From NCBI GenBank assembly GCA_008632985.1, contig QPGO01000003.1, forward strand, positions 310,001 through 374,000: a stretch of 64,000 nucleotides of DNA. Direction: 5' to 3'. How positions within the stretch are numbered: the stretch's first letter is position 1; each line of letters opens with the position of its first letter. A program made the translations under genes and the position numbers. The notes under the pieces were generated by a model that saw nothing but the letters and a program-made list of their open reading frames with translations, did no database searches and was not told where the DNA came from. Source of the DNA: Psammoneis japonica. Its lineage: Eukaryota. This document shows positions 1 through 12,818 of this stretch, piece after piece.

Positions 1-2648
1 TCAAAAGGGCAGCTGCAAGAGAGAGAGGCTTTTTGCCAAGCAAGCTCATCTTCTGCTGACAACTTGGGGTGGGCAGCATGATTGTGGCAGGCACACTGGC
101 AAGAGCTGCTGCTTGCATTGGCCATGGACTGCACAGAGACAGGATGAGAGCAGTCTGTGAGAGAATGATGCTGTTTTCTCAGACACGTCAACTTTCATGG
201 TGCCAGCAGAGCCATTGCCACATTTGACAGCACAGAGGGCATTCCTCCAGGTTTCTGAATCCTGAAGCTGCTGGTGCAACCCATCCACCACTGCTGCAAG
301 AGTGTTTTCTGGGGCTCAAGTTTGCAGTGACCCCAACACACACCCCAGGACTGACTGTGGGTGATCTTTGTGAGTCAAATTCTGGGCTCTGGTTCTTGTG
401 AGTGGCAAGATTTGCAGCACTTTGCTTGTTTGTTTTTGTCAAACTCTCTTTGCTGACTCTCAAGAGCTGATCAATGTGCTCATGATCTGTTGCTTGCTTC
501 TTTTGTCTGCCTCATGTTGAATCTCGTTTTGTGACTTCTCAGCCATGGCATGACCAGACGCAGTTGCGCCGTCATGGCAAAACACAAGCAGTTTTCATGA
601 CAGAGTGCACCACTTTTGGGCAGCCATGCACGGGGGCACCTTGGCATCAACTCATTGCAAACTTTGTCATCATCAACATCCCAGTTTGTGCAGCTGTCAA
701 TTGGATGTGTCCCACCTCTCTCTGGCGATCTTCCGCCTCTGTCTCGATGCGTTCCAGCCCTGGGTGGGAGCTCGTAGTGCTGGGGTGTGACCTGGTGCAA
801 AAAAGCATGTGGGATTCTACAGGATCTAAAAATTGGAAAATGGCGAGTTTTGCGAAGCATCAGGCTTCATCAAGACTGAGGATTTTGACACCAGATCACG
901 CCAGTTACATTCTTGAATGCCTGTGGAATGCACCCAAGCATGTTAAACTTCATGAACAAAGCTTCAGAATGCTCTGCAGCCGTTGCAAAAACCGCCATTT
1001 TTTCCAATGATTTTTTCTTTTGGTCGCAGACATGAAACCAACCACCAAATTTGCTCATGACATTGGCTTCTCTAATTCATTTGCAACATTAACTTCTCAA
1101 CGGACACTCACTTTCCATTCCTCTCACACTGTGAAATTTGAAATCATTTTCGTCCACTTCGAAAAAAAATGAATGGATGGAACCGAGCACCGTCCAAGTC
1201 GCGAAGTGTTTTGTCAGCAATGATCAACGTAAGTTGCAACCCAACAACAACCATGAGAAGCACATGATTCCCATTTCCCATTTTCTTTTTTGTTCAAACA
1301 AGCATGGGGAAAATTGGCAGGAATCACAAAGCTGTTCCACCACTGTTGTTGTAAAACAGGTGGTCACTTCAGACTTTGATCTCCTTCCAATCTCTGAAGA
1401 CAACCCTTTGCCACAGGGGTGCCGCAACAAAAGAGAAGTGATGGACAAAGGTGGGGTGCAGGTTAAGTGCGAAAGGCACGAAGAGATCATTGAGGAGCTG
1501 GCACATTGAGTTGCTCTCAATCATGAGGAAATCGATGAAAATAAAAGCAGTGATGATGAGGGGGGCAGCGAGAGTGAGATGGAGGGCGATGATGACATTG
1601 ACAACAGCAGCGACAGTTGACAACAGCACTGCATTGCATGAGTGCAACTCACATTGGCAGGCATCCGTGTGTCCACCTCTGCCCAGGTACAGAGTGCAAC
1701 TCCGTTGCATGCAGTGCCAAGAAAGAAAACAGCAGCACAGCCAATTGATGCCCAGCATCTGCCACAATGCTTGTGTGTGCATCAACATCAAAAGCTGCGT
1801 CAGTGCCCAATGCCACATCATGTCCAATGCCTTGCACACCTGCACTTGCCTTGGGAGCAAAGAAAGACAGAAACATGTCGTGAGAGATGCGTGAAGGGCA
1901 ACAATTGACAATCAAAAGAGTGCGTGCCAGCAGACTGGTTGACCGTTCCTGGCATCTGTTGCTGCAGCTGCATCCATTCCCAACATTTTGCTGCTCTCTG
2001 CTTTGCTCAAGAGAGTGAAAAGGAAGAAACATGTCATGAGAGATGCATGGTGCATGATGGATGCATGACGGGCGCAAAATCAAAAGAAGGCGAGACGGCA
2101 ACAAATCAGAGACTGCCCCTTGCACTTGCCAACATGTCAATTGGATGAAAAAAGCGCATGCAACCGCATCTGCATCAATGTCCAATGTCTTACAGTCACT
2201 GCTTGTTTTGAGTGAAGAAACAGCAGAAAAAAGCGTCACATTGAAAACAACCTGATTTCCACACTTCTTGTGCAGATTCAGAAATGGAAGCTGCTTGCGG
2301 CAATGTGTCTGACATGTCTCATGCGATGAAGATGCTGGAGACACATGAAAAGAATTGCATGGCCGACAAAAGACTAATGTAAAGCTGACTGTCATGGCTG
2401 AGAATGCTTCGTTGCACGGCACTCGGTTGTTGGTTGTTGGTGATGGAGCGAGTTGAGTCGTTAGCCTTGGTTTTTGTTGACATCTTGTGCCACCAATGAA
2501 ACATTTGATCATTTTTTTATTCATTTTGAATGAGTTCATTCAGATCATTTATTTCCTAAGATCAGGATGTCACATTTAAAAGAGCTCGTACGCAGGCTTC
2601 TACAGCCGGATGTCACACGGATTCCCACCTCCAGGGCTGGAGCGCGTC
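1..2648. mobile_element. Decayed TpA-depleted transposon block ending in a GACGCG(C/T)TCCAG-type terminal repeat
   Basis: TA is nearly absent and ORFs in all frames are Cys/His-rich. 2582-2648 (gagctcgtacgcaggcttctacagccggatgtcacacggattcccacctccagggctggagcgcgtc) matches the reverse complement of the left end of the MITE at 21268. Confidence 0.6.
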
Positions 2649-3103
2649 TCTCGCTCAAGTGTGTCAACAGCAGAGATGCTGAGAATTTCTCTTGCACTTT
2701 TGCCAGCTGGCGTGCTTCCATTTCTGCTTATTTCTCATCATGAATGCTGATGCAGTCCCCACCAGTGAGGAGGAGAGAGATTTGAACTTGGAGAGAAAAA
2801 AGGGTGCTTGCACAGGATTCTACCGCAGGTCTACATTGCACCCGTGGCTGACTGCAAAGGGGGGCCAATTTCGCTCGCGCGAAAGCCCATCATACCGTAG
2901 TTATTGAATTCTTCGGACACATATACAAAAATGAAGACGTGCGATTTTTTTTGGAATTTTAGTAGCCGACCACCAAGTTTCTACATACCAAACCCTGTAC
3001 GAGTCATTCCGTACGTACGTGTTCGGCATTGGCGCCGTAGTGTGGTCCTGCACTCTGCAACCGATGAACCATGAACCCGCCACACAAGCCAACCCCAAAC
3101 ACC

Positions 3104-4096
3104 ATGACGGAGCAAGACAATAGCGTTCTCGACAAGAAACGCCGTCATGAAGAGATTGGCGAATCCTTCTTGAAACGGACTCGTTCGTTTGGAAAACTCA
3201 TTTTGTTTGGTGAACACTTTGTCGTGTACAAGGTCCCGGCCTTGGTGGGTGCTGTCAGTGCCTACACGGATTGCAGTGTTGAATTCATGGATCAAGACGG
3301 CAAACTGGAAATTGTGGATGACCGACCGGCGGTTCCGAATTACAAGGTAAAGAAACAACAGGAGGGTGAAACAGCGATTCGTCTTGTGCTCAAACACTTT
3401 GGTATTGAAGGGCGTGGCATGAAGTTGACCTTTGGCGGTGACTTGTGCTGTGTGTCGGGCATTGGTGCGTCTGCGGCTCAAGTGGTGGCGTTGAGTCGAG
3501 CGCTCAGTTTTGCATTGCCAAAGGAAATGACGTTGGATGAAATCAATGAAGCTGGCTATGAGGGCGAAAAGGGCTACCATGGTACTCCGAGTGGCATTGA
3601 CAACACCGCCGCTACCTTCGGTGGATTGCTCAAGTTTCAAAGGACAGAGGGCGCACCGATTTTTGATAAAAAGAAAATCAAGGAACCCATTCGCATTGTC
3701 TATGCCTCGACGGGCATTACAGCCAGCACGACAACTGTGGTGGGTGATGTGCGTGCCAAGAAGGAAGCCGACGAAAAGTGGTTTGAGGCATTGTTGGAAC
3801 GTTACGTGGCCCTAGTCAAGAAGGCAGAGGTTGCGATTGACGAGGGTAACTTGAAAGATCTTGGAAAGTTAATGGATGAAAACCACATCCTTTGTCAAGA
3901 GCTTACCGTGAGCTGCAAGGAATTGGACGACTTGGTCGAGGCGGCACGAAAGGCCGGGGCGATTGGTGCAAAAATGAGCGGAACCGGACGTGGTGGTCTC
4001 ATGATTGCTTTGACGCCAACTGAGGAATCCCAAGAAGCCGTTGCGGCCGCTTTGGAAAAGATGGCGCCTCAAGTTTGGAAAACGACACTAGCCTAA
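3104..4096 (+). CDS. MVK: Mevalonate kinase (GHMP kinase family)
   Basis: Motifs GKLILFGEHFVVY, GIGASAA (ATP loop), HGTPSGIDN and GAKMSGTGRGG; normal TA content. Start is ATG 3104 or the upstream ATG 3071. Confidence 0.93.
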   Translation: MTEQDNSVLDKKRRHEEIGESFLKRTRSFGKLILFGEHFVVYKVPALVGAVSAYTDCSVEFMDQDGKLEIVDDRPAVPNYKVKKQQEGETAIRLVLKHFGIEGRGMKLTFGGDLCCVSGIGASAAQVVALSRALSFALPKEMTLDEINEAGYEGEKGYHGTPSGIDNTAATFGGLLKFQRTEGAPIFDKKKIKEPIRIVYASTGITASTTTVVGDVRAKKEADEKWFEALLERYVALVKKAEVAIDEGNLKDLGKLMDENHILCQELTVSCKELDDLVEAARKAGAIGAKMSGTGRGGLMIALTPTEESQEAVAAALEKMAPQVWKTTLA

Positions 4097-4553
4097 ATAT
4101 ATACCAATCGCTAAAGCCTATCGCAGTAATTCAAACTTTTAGGAGGAGATATCCTTGCCTGTGGTCTCGCACCATGTGTGGATTGGTACTCAAAGCTTTC
4201 GCCTTTCTCGCGACGGCAGCACTGCACAAGTTACATAAAAACCAGTAGCAACAAAGAGTTTTGTGTGATGTGATGCCTCCATGAACGTGATCATTCCATT
4301 ATCGACTTCCCATCACACATTATAGTGCTCTCGACCATGTTTGCGCTGGTGGATGTGCATGCATCCATGCAGGAGGCAAGTGATAGTGCATTCTCAGCAT
4401 TGCGTTTACATCATTCGGTATTCGATACCGTACTTAGTGTACCGGCATTGCACAAGTAAAGCCAATGGTTGCAGAGGAAACCCAAGGTAAGACGAAAGAG
4501 TGATGTACTCATGGTTTTCCAACGCAATCTTTCTATAGCTACGATAGCATGTT

Positions 4554-5863
4554 TTATGGTGCCCATTCATCATTTCTTGAATTGCCTTCGCTTCTGTAAG
4601 CAATGGAAGGAATTGCAAAATACACACCATTCTTATCTACAGCTCTTGCGATTGCAAGGAGCACCTCTTGTCTGTTGGTTTGGTATTCGGCCGTTCCAGG
4701 TGCAATGTCAAAATGAGAGTTCACAACAACTTCCACGTGACTTGAAACGACCCAAGCAAGTTAGTAAAATTAGAGAAAAGGCATGCACCATGATGAACTG
4801 AAAGTAAACAACAAGAAAAAACTCACTCTGGCTGATATCCCGTCATGAGCGCGTTCAACGGTTTGGAGCCATCCGTAATCACCTTTGGGCAAGCTGCCTT
4901 TATCTCCGCAACAATGTCGTCCAATACTTTCTCCTCCAATACCTTCAGATCCGAATACTTGAAGCGCAATTGCTGCTGAACCTGCGATATTTTGATCCGA
5001 CTTAAATTGCTCACTCGTTGGTTTGCCAGTTGCGAATTTGGTACTCGCACTACGATATTGTCGTATCCAGCAATATTTGTTTCAACCAAACCAACCCTTG
5101 TAATCGTCCCTTCTGTCCCGTCGCCCAAAACTACTGTATCGCCAACATCAAACGCATCCCATAAACGAATGGCAATGCCGCCGAAAATTTGTTCCGCCAA
5201 ATCTTTGCTTGCCAATCCAAAAACAAGAGCCCCGACACCGCCGGCTGCAAACACTGACTGAAAGCCCATGCCAATATCAATGTCAAGATCATTACAAACC
5301 ATGAGTAAAACGACATTGGCGATTAAAAAGTCAATCAAGCGATCAATCAATTTGACCCGTCCTAATCGGGTTCCAGTGACAGACTGCAGCAACAGGATAC
5401 GCTTAAACGTGGACAGCGTAAGCGCGGCCCAAACACCAAACGCAATCTGAAACGCCGTTTCACGCGGATTCTCAATGTTGATGGAGATGGGAAGTTTGAG
5501 ATTCCAATCCGTCACGGCCCAGTCAAACAAAATCAGAAAGCCATAAACACGAGCAGCCACGCTTATGCTGTCCGCCTCACTAAAGACAAACGTTTCGCTC
5601 ATTCCTTTCTCTTCTCCTTTCTCGATGCTTGTTACATTGTACACTGCTTCAATCAGTGGGTCTGTTCCAAAACCAAGTACTCCGGAAACGGCCAAGTCGG
5701 TTAGAAACTGCGGTAATTGTGCGAGAGACGTCGTAGTATGATGTGAGTTTGGAGGCAATAAAGAATGTGGGACAAAACCACTGACAGAATTATTCATCCA
5801 GACAAAGCCAGAAAACAAGAACGTCCCTGCACGAAGAAGAAGAAACTGCTTCAATGGATTCAT
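4554..5863 (-). CDS. MscS-family mechanosensitive channel, probably plastid-targeted; 2 exons (5863-4827, 4740-4554)
   Basis: TM segments plus GGVGALVFGLASKD, FDVGDTVVLGDGTEGTITRVG and VRVPNSQL. The GTGAGT...AAG intron at 4826-4741 restores the frame (QPD|HVEVVVN). N-terminal signal ends in VSG-FVP. Confidence 0.88.
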
Positions 5864-6019
5864 GCTCGTGAGAGGTTATCGATCGTCCTCTACTAGACTA
5901 GAGAGTTATTTGCCTTCCTGTGATTATTGATTGTCTGTTGCCGGTTGTATCGATTGATTGAGCTGGATCGCGAGGATGCATGAGGATCTGTACCATAACT
6001 TGGAAATTGCGCGCATGGA

Positions 6020-9000
6020 CACACGCGAACCTCTTCAGTCTCGACACGAGAGTCTCTTGTTGTTGCTCCAAGACGCCGCAAGAGCTCCATGTCTGTGATG
6101 GAGAGACCGACACGAGTGAGCCTGGTGGATCTCTGCTGCTCTGGCAAAGTCAAAAGCAGAGCAAAGACAGTGAACGTTGAGCCCAGCTCTGCGATGGTGC
6201 TGGGGATGAGGGTGAAGGTCCAGCGGCCTTCCTTGCGCCAAGCGCGAAAGGGCTCCGAATGAAAAAACGACGTGCCGAAGGAAGCACCCACAGAGCTCAC
6301 AGACATGAGCCATTCTTGGGAGATGACCCATGAGAAACACACAGTGGCAGTGGTGGCTGATTGGCTGAGTGTGGTGTCTTGGAAGGCTGGGTTGCAACAG
6401 GAGTCATGTTCGGGTCGTGAGAGTCATCACTTGGAAATTGTGAAGGACACATGAACATCAACTTCTTGGGAAATCAATTGAAATGGCATCTGATCAACAG
6501 CACTTTGATTCACATGGTGAAGGCCAATGCCGTTGATCCGAAAGCATTTCAACTCAGCTCCCGAAAAGTCATCTCAGCTCCAACCACTCTCTCACACATG
6601 ACATTGTGTGCACCCCCATGGGATTTTGTGTTTTTCCTCATGCAAAATGACAATTGTGACTCACACAGCATTTTCAAATGATTCCCATTGATGCTTGCTG
6701 GGAAGAGCTTGTGTGTGCATCTGGCACAATGGCGGCAGGCAATCCGGCGGAGTGACCTTGAAAGCCGTGATTCCAAAAGGCAAGGAGACAGGCAAGAACG
6801 CTGTGTTCTTCTGTGTCCCAAGTGGCAGGCTGCTTGCTGGCTGGAGGCAAATGACCAATCCCTGGCAGCCACCATTGTTGGTGCTGGAGCAACCACAAAT
6901 TGAGTGGCCTGCTGTGGAACAGGCACAGTCCATGAGGCAGCTGCAAGAGGCGCTGGTGTGGGCTGTCCAAGCATGGTCCCTCCAGCAGCAGTGTCGTTGG
7001 CAAACAGCACATGGTTGGTGGGGAGGGAAGCTGTCTGGGCAGATGAAGATGGGTGGTGTGCACTGGGCATTTGCACCCAAGCCACAGGCTGTGTGCACCA
7101 AGCCAGCTTGCGAGGTGAGTGGCGTGACAACCCAGCATCGCAGTCTAAAACCACAGGATGTTGCTGGCAAGGTTGCATGTGAGGGGATGCAGGATGCTTG
7201 GTGCTGGGGGTCTTGATGCCATGTGGGGGCAGCTGATGTGGGCCACCTGAAGCTGCGGACTGAGAGGCTGGGTTGAACGCCTGTGAGGTGGGCCGACATG
7301 AGGCCAGCGGCGAGGAAGTGGGCTGATGCAAGGCCACTTGAAAGCAAGTGAATTGGCTCATGATGCCTTTGCCATCACTGACCTCACTTTCACTGCAGCC
7401 AGCAACACTGCTGCTGGTGCTGGGAGCATTGACCATCTGGGCATGTGGGCAGGGTGGCTCTGGTGGTTGCTCCAGGCTCACAAGTTTTGAGGAGGAGCAT
7501 TGGGCAAGGAAGGGGTCAACAGACTTTGCTGTGAAGGGGTTGAGGGCAAACCACTTGGGGGTGCAAAGACATTTGGCAACAAGCATGCAACAGTGCCACA
7601 AGTTGAAGCACTGTTCAATGGGGTGGAGGCCAAGGCAACAGTCTGACAGATGTGTGCCATTGCAGGCCTTCCTCTCATGGTTCAGATGCATTTCATGGTG
7701 TGAGTTGTCATTCTTTGCCAGAATGCAATCACAATGCAGCTGACAGGCAAGACCCCGGTCAACCATGGTGAGCTCAGAAAACACAGGAAGGAGGGCCGAG
7801 GAGCCTTGTGGATCTGGTTTGGTGAGGGAGCCAGCAAAAACTGAGCACACACTGGGGAACAAGGTCTGCCACCATGTTGGAGGGGAAGGTGGCTGAAGCA
7901 GCAAACCATTCTTGCAGCAAGGACCAGCCAGACTGGGTGTCAAACAATGCAACCTTGTCCTGACTCATTCTCTTGAGGCTGTCAAGGAAATGTTCAAATG
8001 ACATGTCCGGTGGCCAGATTTGGCCAATGGGTGGGTCAAAGCAAGGAGGCAGCTGGAAAACTCTCTGGGCACCAGTCCACACACCAGAGCTTGGCAGCTG
8101 CCTGCACCTCTGTGAGGGAGGCTGGACAGGCTGGAGTCAGGAGCATGCCACACTCCTGTTGCTTGAGCACTGGTTTGTTGGCAATGAGTGTGCTCCAGCT
8201 GGCAAGGCAATGAGCTCCACCAGGTCCAAAGAGGCGGTGGCAGCTGGGGCTGCATCCATGCCAGAGAGCATCATGTGGGAGCCATCAAAGGACCACACTG
8301 CTGACTTGGTGTTGCAGTGGTCATTTGGTTTTTGAGACCACATGGCCTTTTGCATTTTGTGTGAAAAGGATGTGGCCGCCGGGTGAAAGGGATCAGTGGG
8401 GCATGGTGCATGACCTGGGCCAAGCACAGGAGTGGCCAACCAGGATGGCAGCTGGAGAGCCTCTGGCTGCAATGGCAAGGCTGGCGGTGATCACAATGAC
8501 TGGCTGTGACCAGGTGCATGGATTGCCCTCATTCTGCAGGGTCAAACAAATGCACCAACATCAGCACAACTCCAGACAACACAGCAGGCTGATGTTCATG
8601 GCACTCGGTGGGGCATGGAGCATGGAGGCACGTGCCATTGTCAGCAAATGGCAAATGAACTGGCAGCTCTGCTGCCTCAGTGGCAGCCAGCAGACCATTG
8701 GTGGTGGCCAAGAGGCCTGAGGCAATGTCATCAGAATTGAGGTCCTGACAAAGACCACCACAATGCTTTGAGAGCTGCAGTGACCAAGTGGGGACAGGAG
8801 ACCATTGTGAAGGCCAGAATTGGTCACTCCAAAAGGAAGGAGTCTCTGAGCAGCTGTGATGAGACACTTTCAAAATGGACAGCTGCTCCTGCATCCTGGA
8901 GCAACAACAAAAGACTCTCATTGAGAGTGAGCTGATTTGGCACAGATCAGAGACCAATGAGAGACAATGGTCTGCACCCCCCCCTGCATGAGTCAGGGTT

Positions 9001-10900
9001 CTTTCTGCAATCTGCTTCCGTGGCTCAAAATTCATCAAGAGAGCAAGTGTTCACTTTTGGGGCTTGTCTTTGTTCTTCCAGCATCGCTCACACATGATTC
9101 CTGCCATGTCCATCTTGACTCACAGTCGTGTCAGTGGCATTTCTGCGCCTCCTCTGTGAGCATTGCACCGCACTCTCTGGCACAATCAAGTGCAGCTTCC
9201 TCCAAGAGGTGGGATGACAATGCCAATTTTCAACCCCTCTTTTTTTTCAGTGACAAAAAGTTTTTGGGCAACAAACCTGTGATGGTTGTTTCTTTTGGTG
9301 TTGGGTGCATCTTTTCAGGGTGTTGGCCAACTCAGAAGAAGTGGCTTCTCCCAAAAAATCTGTGCCATGTGTGAGTGAAGAGAGTGGGCAGAGAAGAGGA
9401 GCACAAATGAGGGTGGGACAATGGCGTGGTTTGTGAACAAAAAAGGAGATCATGAAAGGCAAAAAATTGTTCTCCATTCTGTGTTTTGCAAGCAAGCAAC
9501 TGCAGCTGTGGCCTCAGACTGCAAAGGAGCAGCTGTCAGAGCAGCCTGTGTGTCAGCATTTGCACATTTGCTGGGTGGTCCTCATCATTCTCTGGGGTTC
9601 GCCCATCAAAAAGCACAACAGAGTTTGCCTTTTCAGTCTCTTGACACCAATTTGTTGTGTGAGGCATGGTCCTTGAAGCATGTTTTTTGAATTGTGTGGC
9701 TCACACATGTCACACATCCTCAGTGTGTTAAAAAAAAACATTTGTTCCATGCATTTGGTCACTGTTGCTGGCTGTGCACACCATTGCAAAATCATGCTGT
9801 GCTTCAAAATGCCTGTGGGTGGGTGGCTTTCACAAAGGCAGTGCATCTTGTTGTCAAGTGCAAGTGTTTTTCTCATGCTTCTGCAAAGAAGCTCTGTCCA
9901 GTTGCAAGGTTGTTGCTGTTCACTCAGTTGTGTGACCATGTGACAAACACACTGGAGCATGTCAAAACATGAATTTTTTCCACCAGCTTCTTTGATTCTG
10001 TGCCCAACTCACATTGTTGACAACCAAGCCATTTTGCAAAATGTGCCAGCACTTTTCCATCCATGATGGTGCAAGACTTTTCAAGTTTGCCACTGTGTCC
10101 ACACAAGAGAAAAGGTGCATGTCCAGAACAACTCCAGTTGGTGCAAAGTGAGCTGGCAACATGATGTGTTGATCACCACACACAACATTTTAGAATTTTG
10201 AGGTGCCCAGCTGTGGCTGTCCCACTGAAAGCAGATGATCTTGCACACACCAGAACATGTTCATTGCAGTCAAACAAGAGCTTGTCCAAATGCCACAAAA
10301 AACACCCCACACAAAAGACTTGCATGCTCCTTGTTTCAAGAGATTGCATCTTCCCAATCAAAAGCATTTTTTTCACAAAGTGTCAGTGTGGAGGTTGCTG
10401 CCTTCTGCAATGTGTTGTTGAGCTGTTGTCAGGCCTCTGGAACCTGCCAACTTCAACGAATCTCATTTGTGTGCAGTTTTTGTTGGTGCAAAGCATTTTT
10501 TCCACATGTGTGCTCACAGCAGCACTCACAGTCTCCAATTGCAGCTGCCCCACACACTGGTTGTGCAGACTTCTGTCACCATCCACCATCCACCACTGCC
10601 ACAACATCAAGACAGTTTGTCCACCCCCTTTGGCATCTTGGTTGGACAAGGCTGGGTGGGGACCAAAAGATCTCTGGCACTCAAGTGCACACACACAGGA
10701 CTTCTGCCAGTCTCCAAACTTGTGCCGCCAACTGCCCCAAGCTTGCACCTCCAGCCCCTGTCACCAGCTCTTGTCTTTGGCGCACTTTGGCACAGAAGAT
10801 CTTTGCTGCCCCCCCCCCCCCCCCCTGGACAAAAAATGCTGCAATTCTGTGCCACAGATGGCCCCTGCCACTTTTCCCTGCATCTGGGACACCAACAATC
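6020..10900. repeat. Heavily decayed repeat-derived DNA (TpA- and CpG-depleted, TG/CA-rich); family not identifiable by eye
   Basis: Only a handful of TA dinucleotides over about 5 kb; overlapping nonsense ORFs in all six frames. Confidence 0.7.
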
Positions 10901-11329
10901 CAGGTGTCGCACTAGCCATCAAGATTTCTTTAAACAAAACCCGACATTTTCTCCCTTTAATCCAGATCGTGCTGATTTGTCAAGTCAGCTTTTCTGAAAC
11001 ATTCAACATCAAACATCCATGTTCCTCAATTCAACCATTTGCCCCCCCATCCGACAAGCCTCATGTGCATGTTTGACACTGTTTTAACATCTGGATTGTG
11101 TGTCAATCAACTTTTTGGATCAAAATTGCCGCCTGTGTCCGTCAATCTAGATTCCAACTGTTTTCTCAATTTTCTCTCCCTGCCCATTCCATCCTTCCTT
11201 CCCGTCCATCCGCACGCTGCATCTCTGTGTTTCTGCCCTCACTGCATCCCCAAGTGATTGTTGCTGCACCCACTCTTTCCTTTCGATTCTCTTCTCAACT
11301 CCTTCATCTGTGCACATGGGCCATGTCGT

Positions 11330-12815
11330 CTGATGGTCTTGTTTGTCCATGGTGCAAACGAACCGGTTTCTTTTCCGAATGTGGCCTCAGCAGGCACATC
11401 GAAACTAACTGCCTCCGTTCCACCATTTCCACCAAGTCTTTCAGTTGTCCTCGTTGCGGACAATGTGGATTTGACTCTGAAAACAACGTGCAGTGTCTCA
11501 CCCATCTTGGCGCTGCACCACAGCATCTGGTCTCCATCCCCCATTGACGCAGTTGCGCCGCACAACCCAATCATCTTCTTCATCCGGCGGAACATCTCTT
11601 TCCTCTCATCCTCTGGATTCTGCCTCCGTCGGCTCCCTTGGATCCAACACCAACAAACCCAAATGTCCCCATTGCCGTGTTCCCTTTTCCAACATCGCCC
11701 TTCATCTACAGAAGCACTTGCCCTGCCATGAAAAGGAGGAAATGTCCCTTCGCCCACATGCCGCATCTTCTGCTGCCGCCCACGCACTTCCCCCTCCAGA
11801 CGATGACCATGATGAATCACTGGATGACCATGATGATCCTGCTGGGTTTGGTTTCTCTGATGACGAACCCCCTCCTCCCCTCCCCAAAGTCCTTTGGAAT
11901 CCAGCTCCATCTCCTCCCACACCAACGGACAATTCTTCTCCAGCTTGTTCTCCCTCTGCCGGAAGTGGACTGCGCCCACCCTCCATCAGATGCTCTGGTC
12001 GATTGCGTTCAGCCACCAACGCTGCTGCTGCCAGTGCAGCCTCCCAAAATGTCTGCCGATTTGTTTTGTTTGCAGATGATGGTGTGTCTGCCCTTGGAGA
12101 GGACAGTCCTGTGGATGTTCCTGAGTTCATTGGAGCTGACCGTCGCGATGGCAGTTGTGGCCCCCCCTCAATTTCCTGTCCAACAGAAGATCCTGTTTCC
12201 TCCCTTGATCAACACAACCCTCTTGGCCTGCCGCGTGATGTCGCACCCTGTGAGGATTTCGATGTGCCTCCAGTCTGCTCACCCAGCATTGTGCCCATGG
12301 TGCGTTTGCCACATTTGTGTCGTCGGTCAGGTGCTGCAATTGACTTTGTCGACAAAGCAATGAGAATTTTGCATGAAGAGCATGCAGAAAAAAGACTGGA
12401 TTTGTCAAAGCCACCCATCACTGCCGCCGTGGCAATGAAGCAACTCCCAGGGTTATTTCCCAATGTTCCTCTCCCCACACTGCTGCTGTGATGCTGGAAT
12501 GTGACAATCCAACACAGCAACAGAAGGATGGACCCAAATGTCGTCGCTCCCCACCTTTCCCGGTTTGCAGCTTCACCGAGACCTTGCAGGATCTCTTCAC
12601 CAAGCCAGTGTTCCGTGATCTTTCCAAGTTGCAGGTCAGCCCAAATGATGTCTGGTCACCTTGTGTGCCACCTCCCACTGACAGCGATTTGGAACCCAGT
12701 GCTGGCCAGGCTGACGGTTTTGAGATGTCGTTGCTCCTTCCATCAGCAAGTGCGTTGAAGAGCATTGTTGCCACTTCTGTCAGTGAGCACATTGAAGACT
12801 GATGGCATGCTGACA
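11330..12815 (+). pseudogene. Truncated Plavaka-like transposase N-terminus with C2H2 zinc fingers
   Basis: Finger-like motifs CPWCKRTGF..GLSRH, CPRCGQCGF and CPHCRVPFSNIALH, then LCRRSGAAIDFVDKAMRIL, FPVCSFTETLQDLFTKPVFRDLSKLQVSPNDVWSPC and EHIED*WHADT (WY>WH). Frameshifts and stops are present; no DDE core is seen downstream. Family assignment is from recalled motifs only. Confidence 0.5.
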
Positions 12816-12818
12816 CAT

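Noticed and set aside
6020..10900. CpG methylation and deamination as the sole explanation of TG/CA richness
   Set aside because: It contributes in old blocks and to CGA>TGA stops, but it cannot remove TA or convert Tyr codons, and the LTR CpGs are unchanged.
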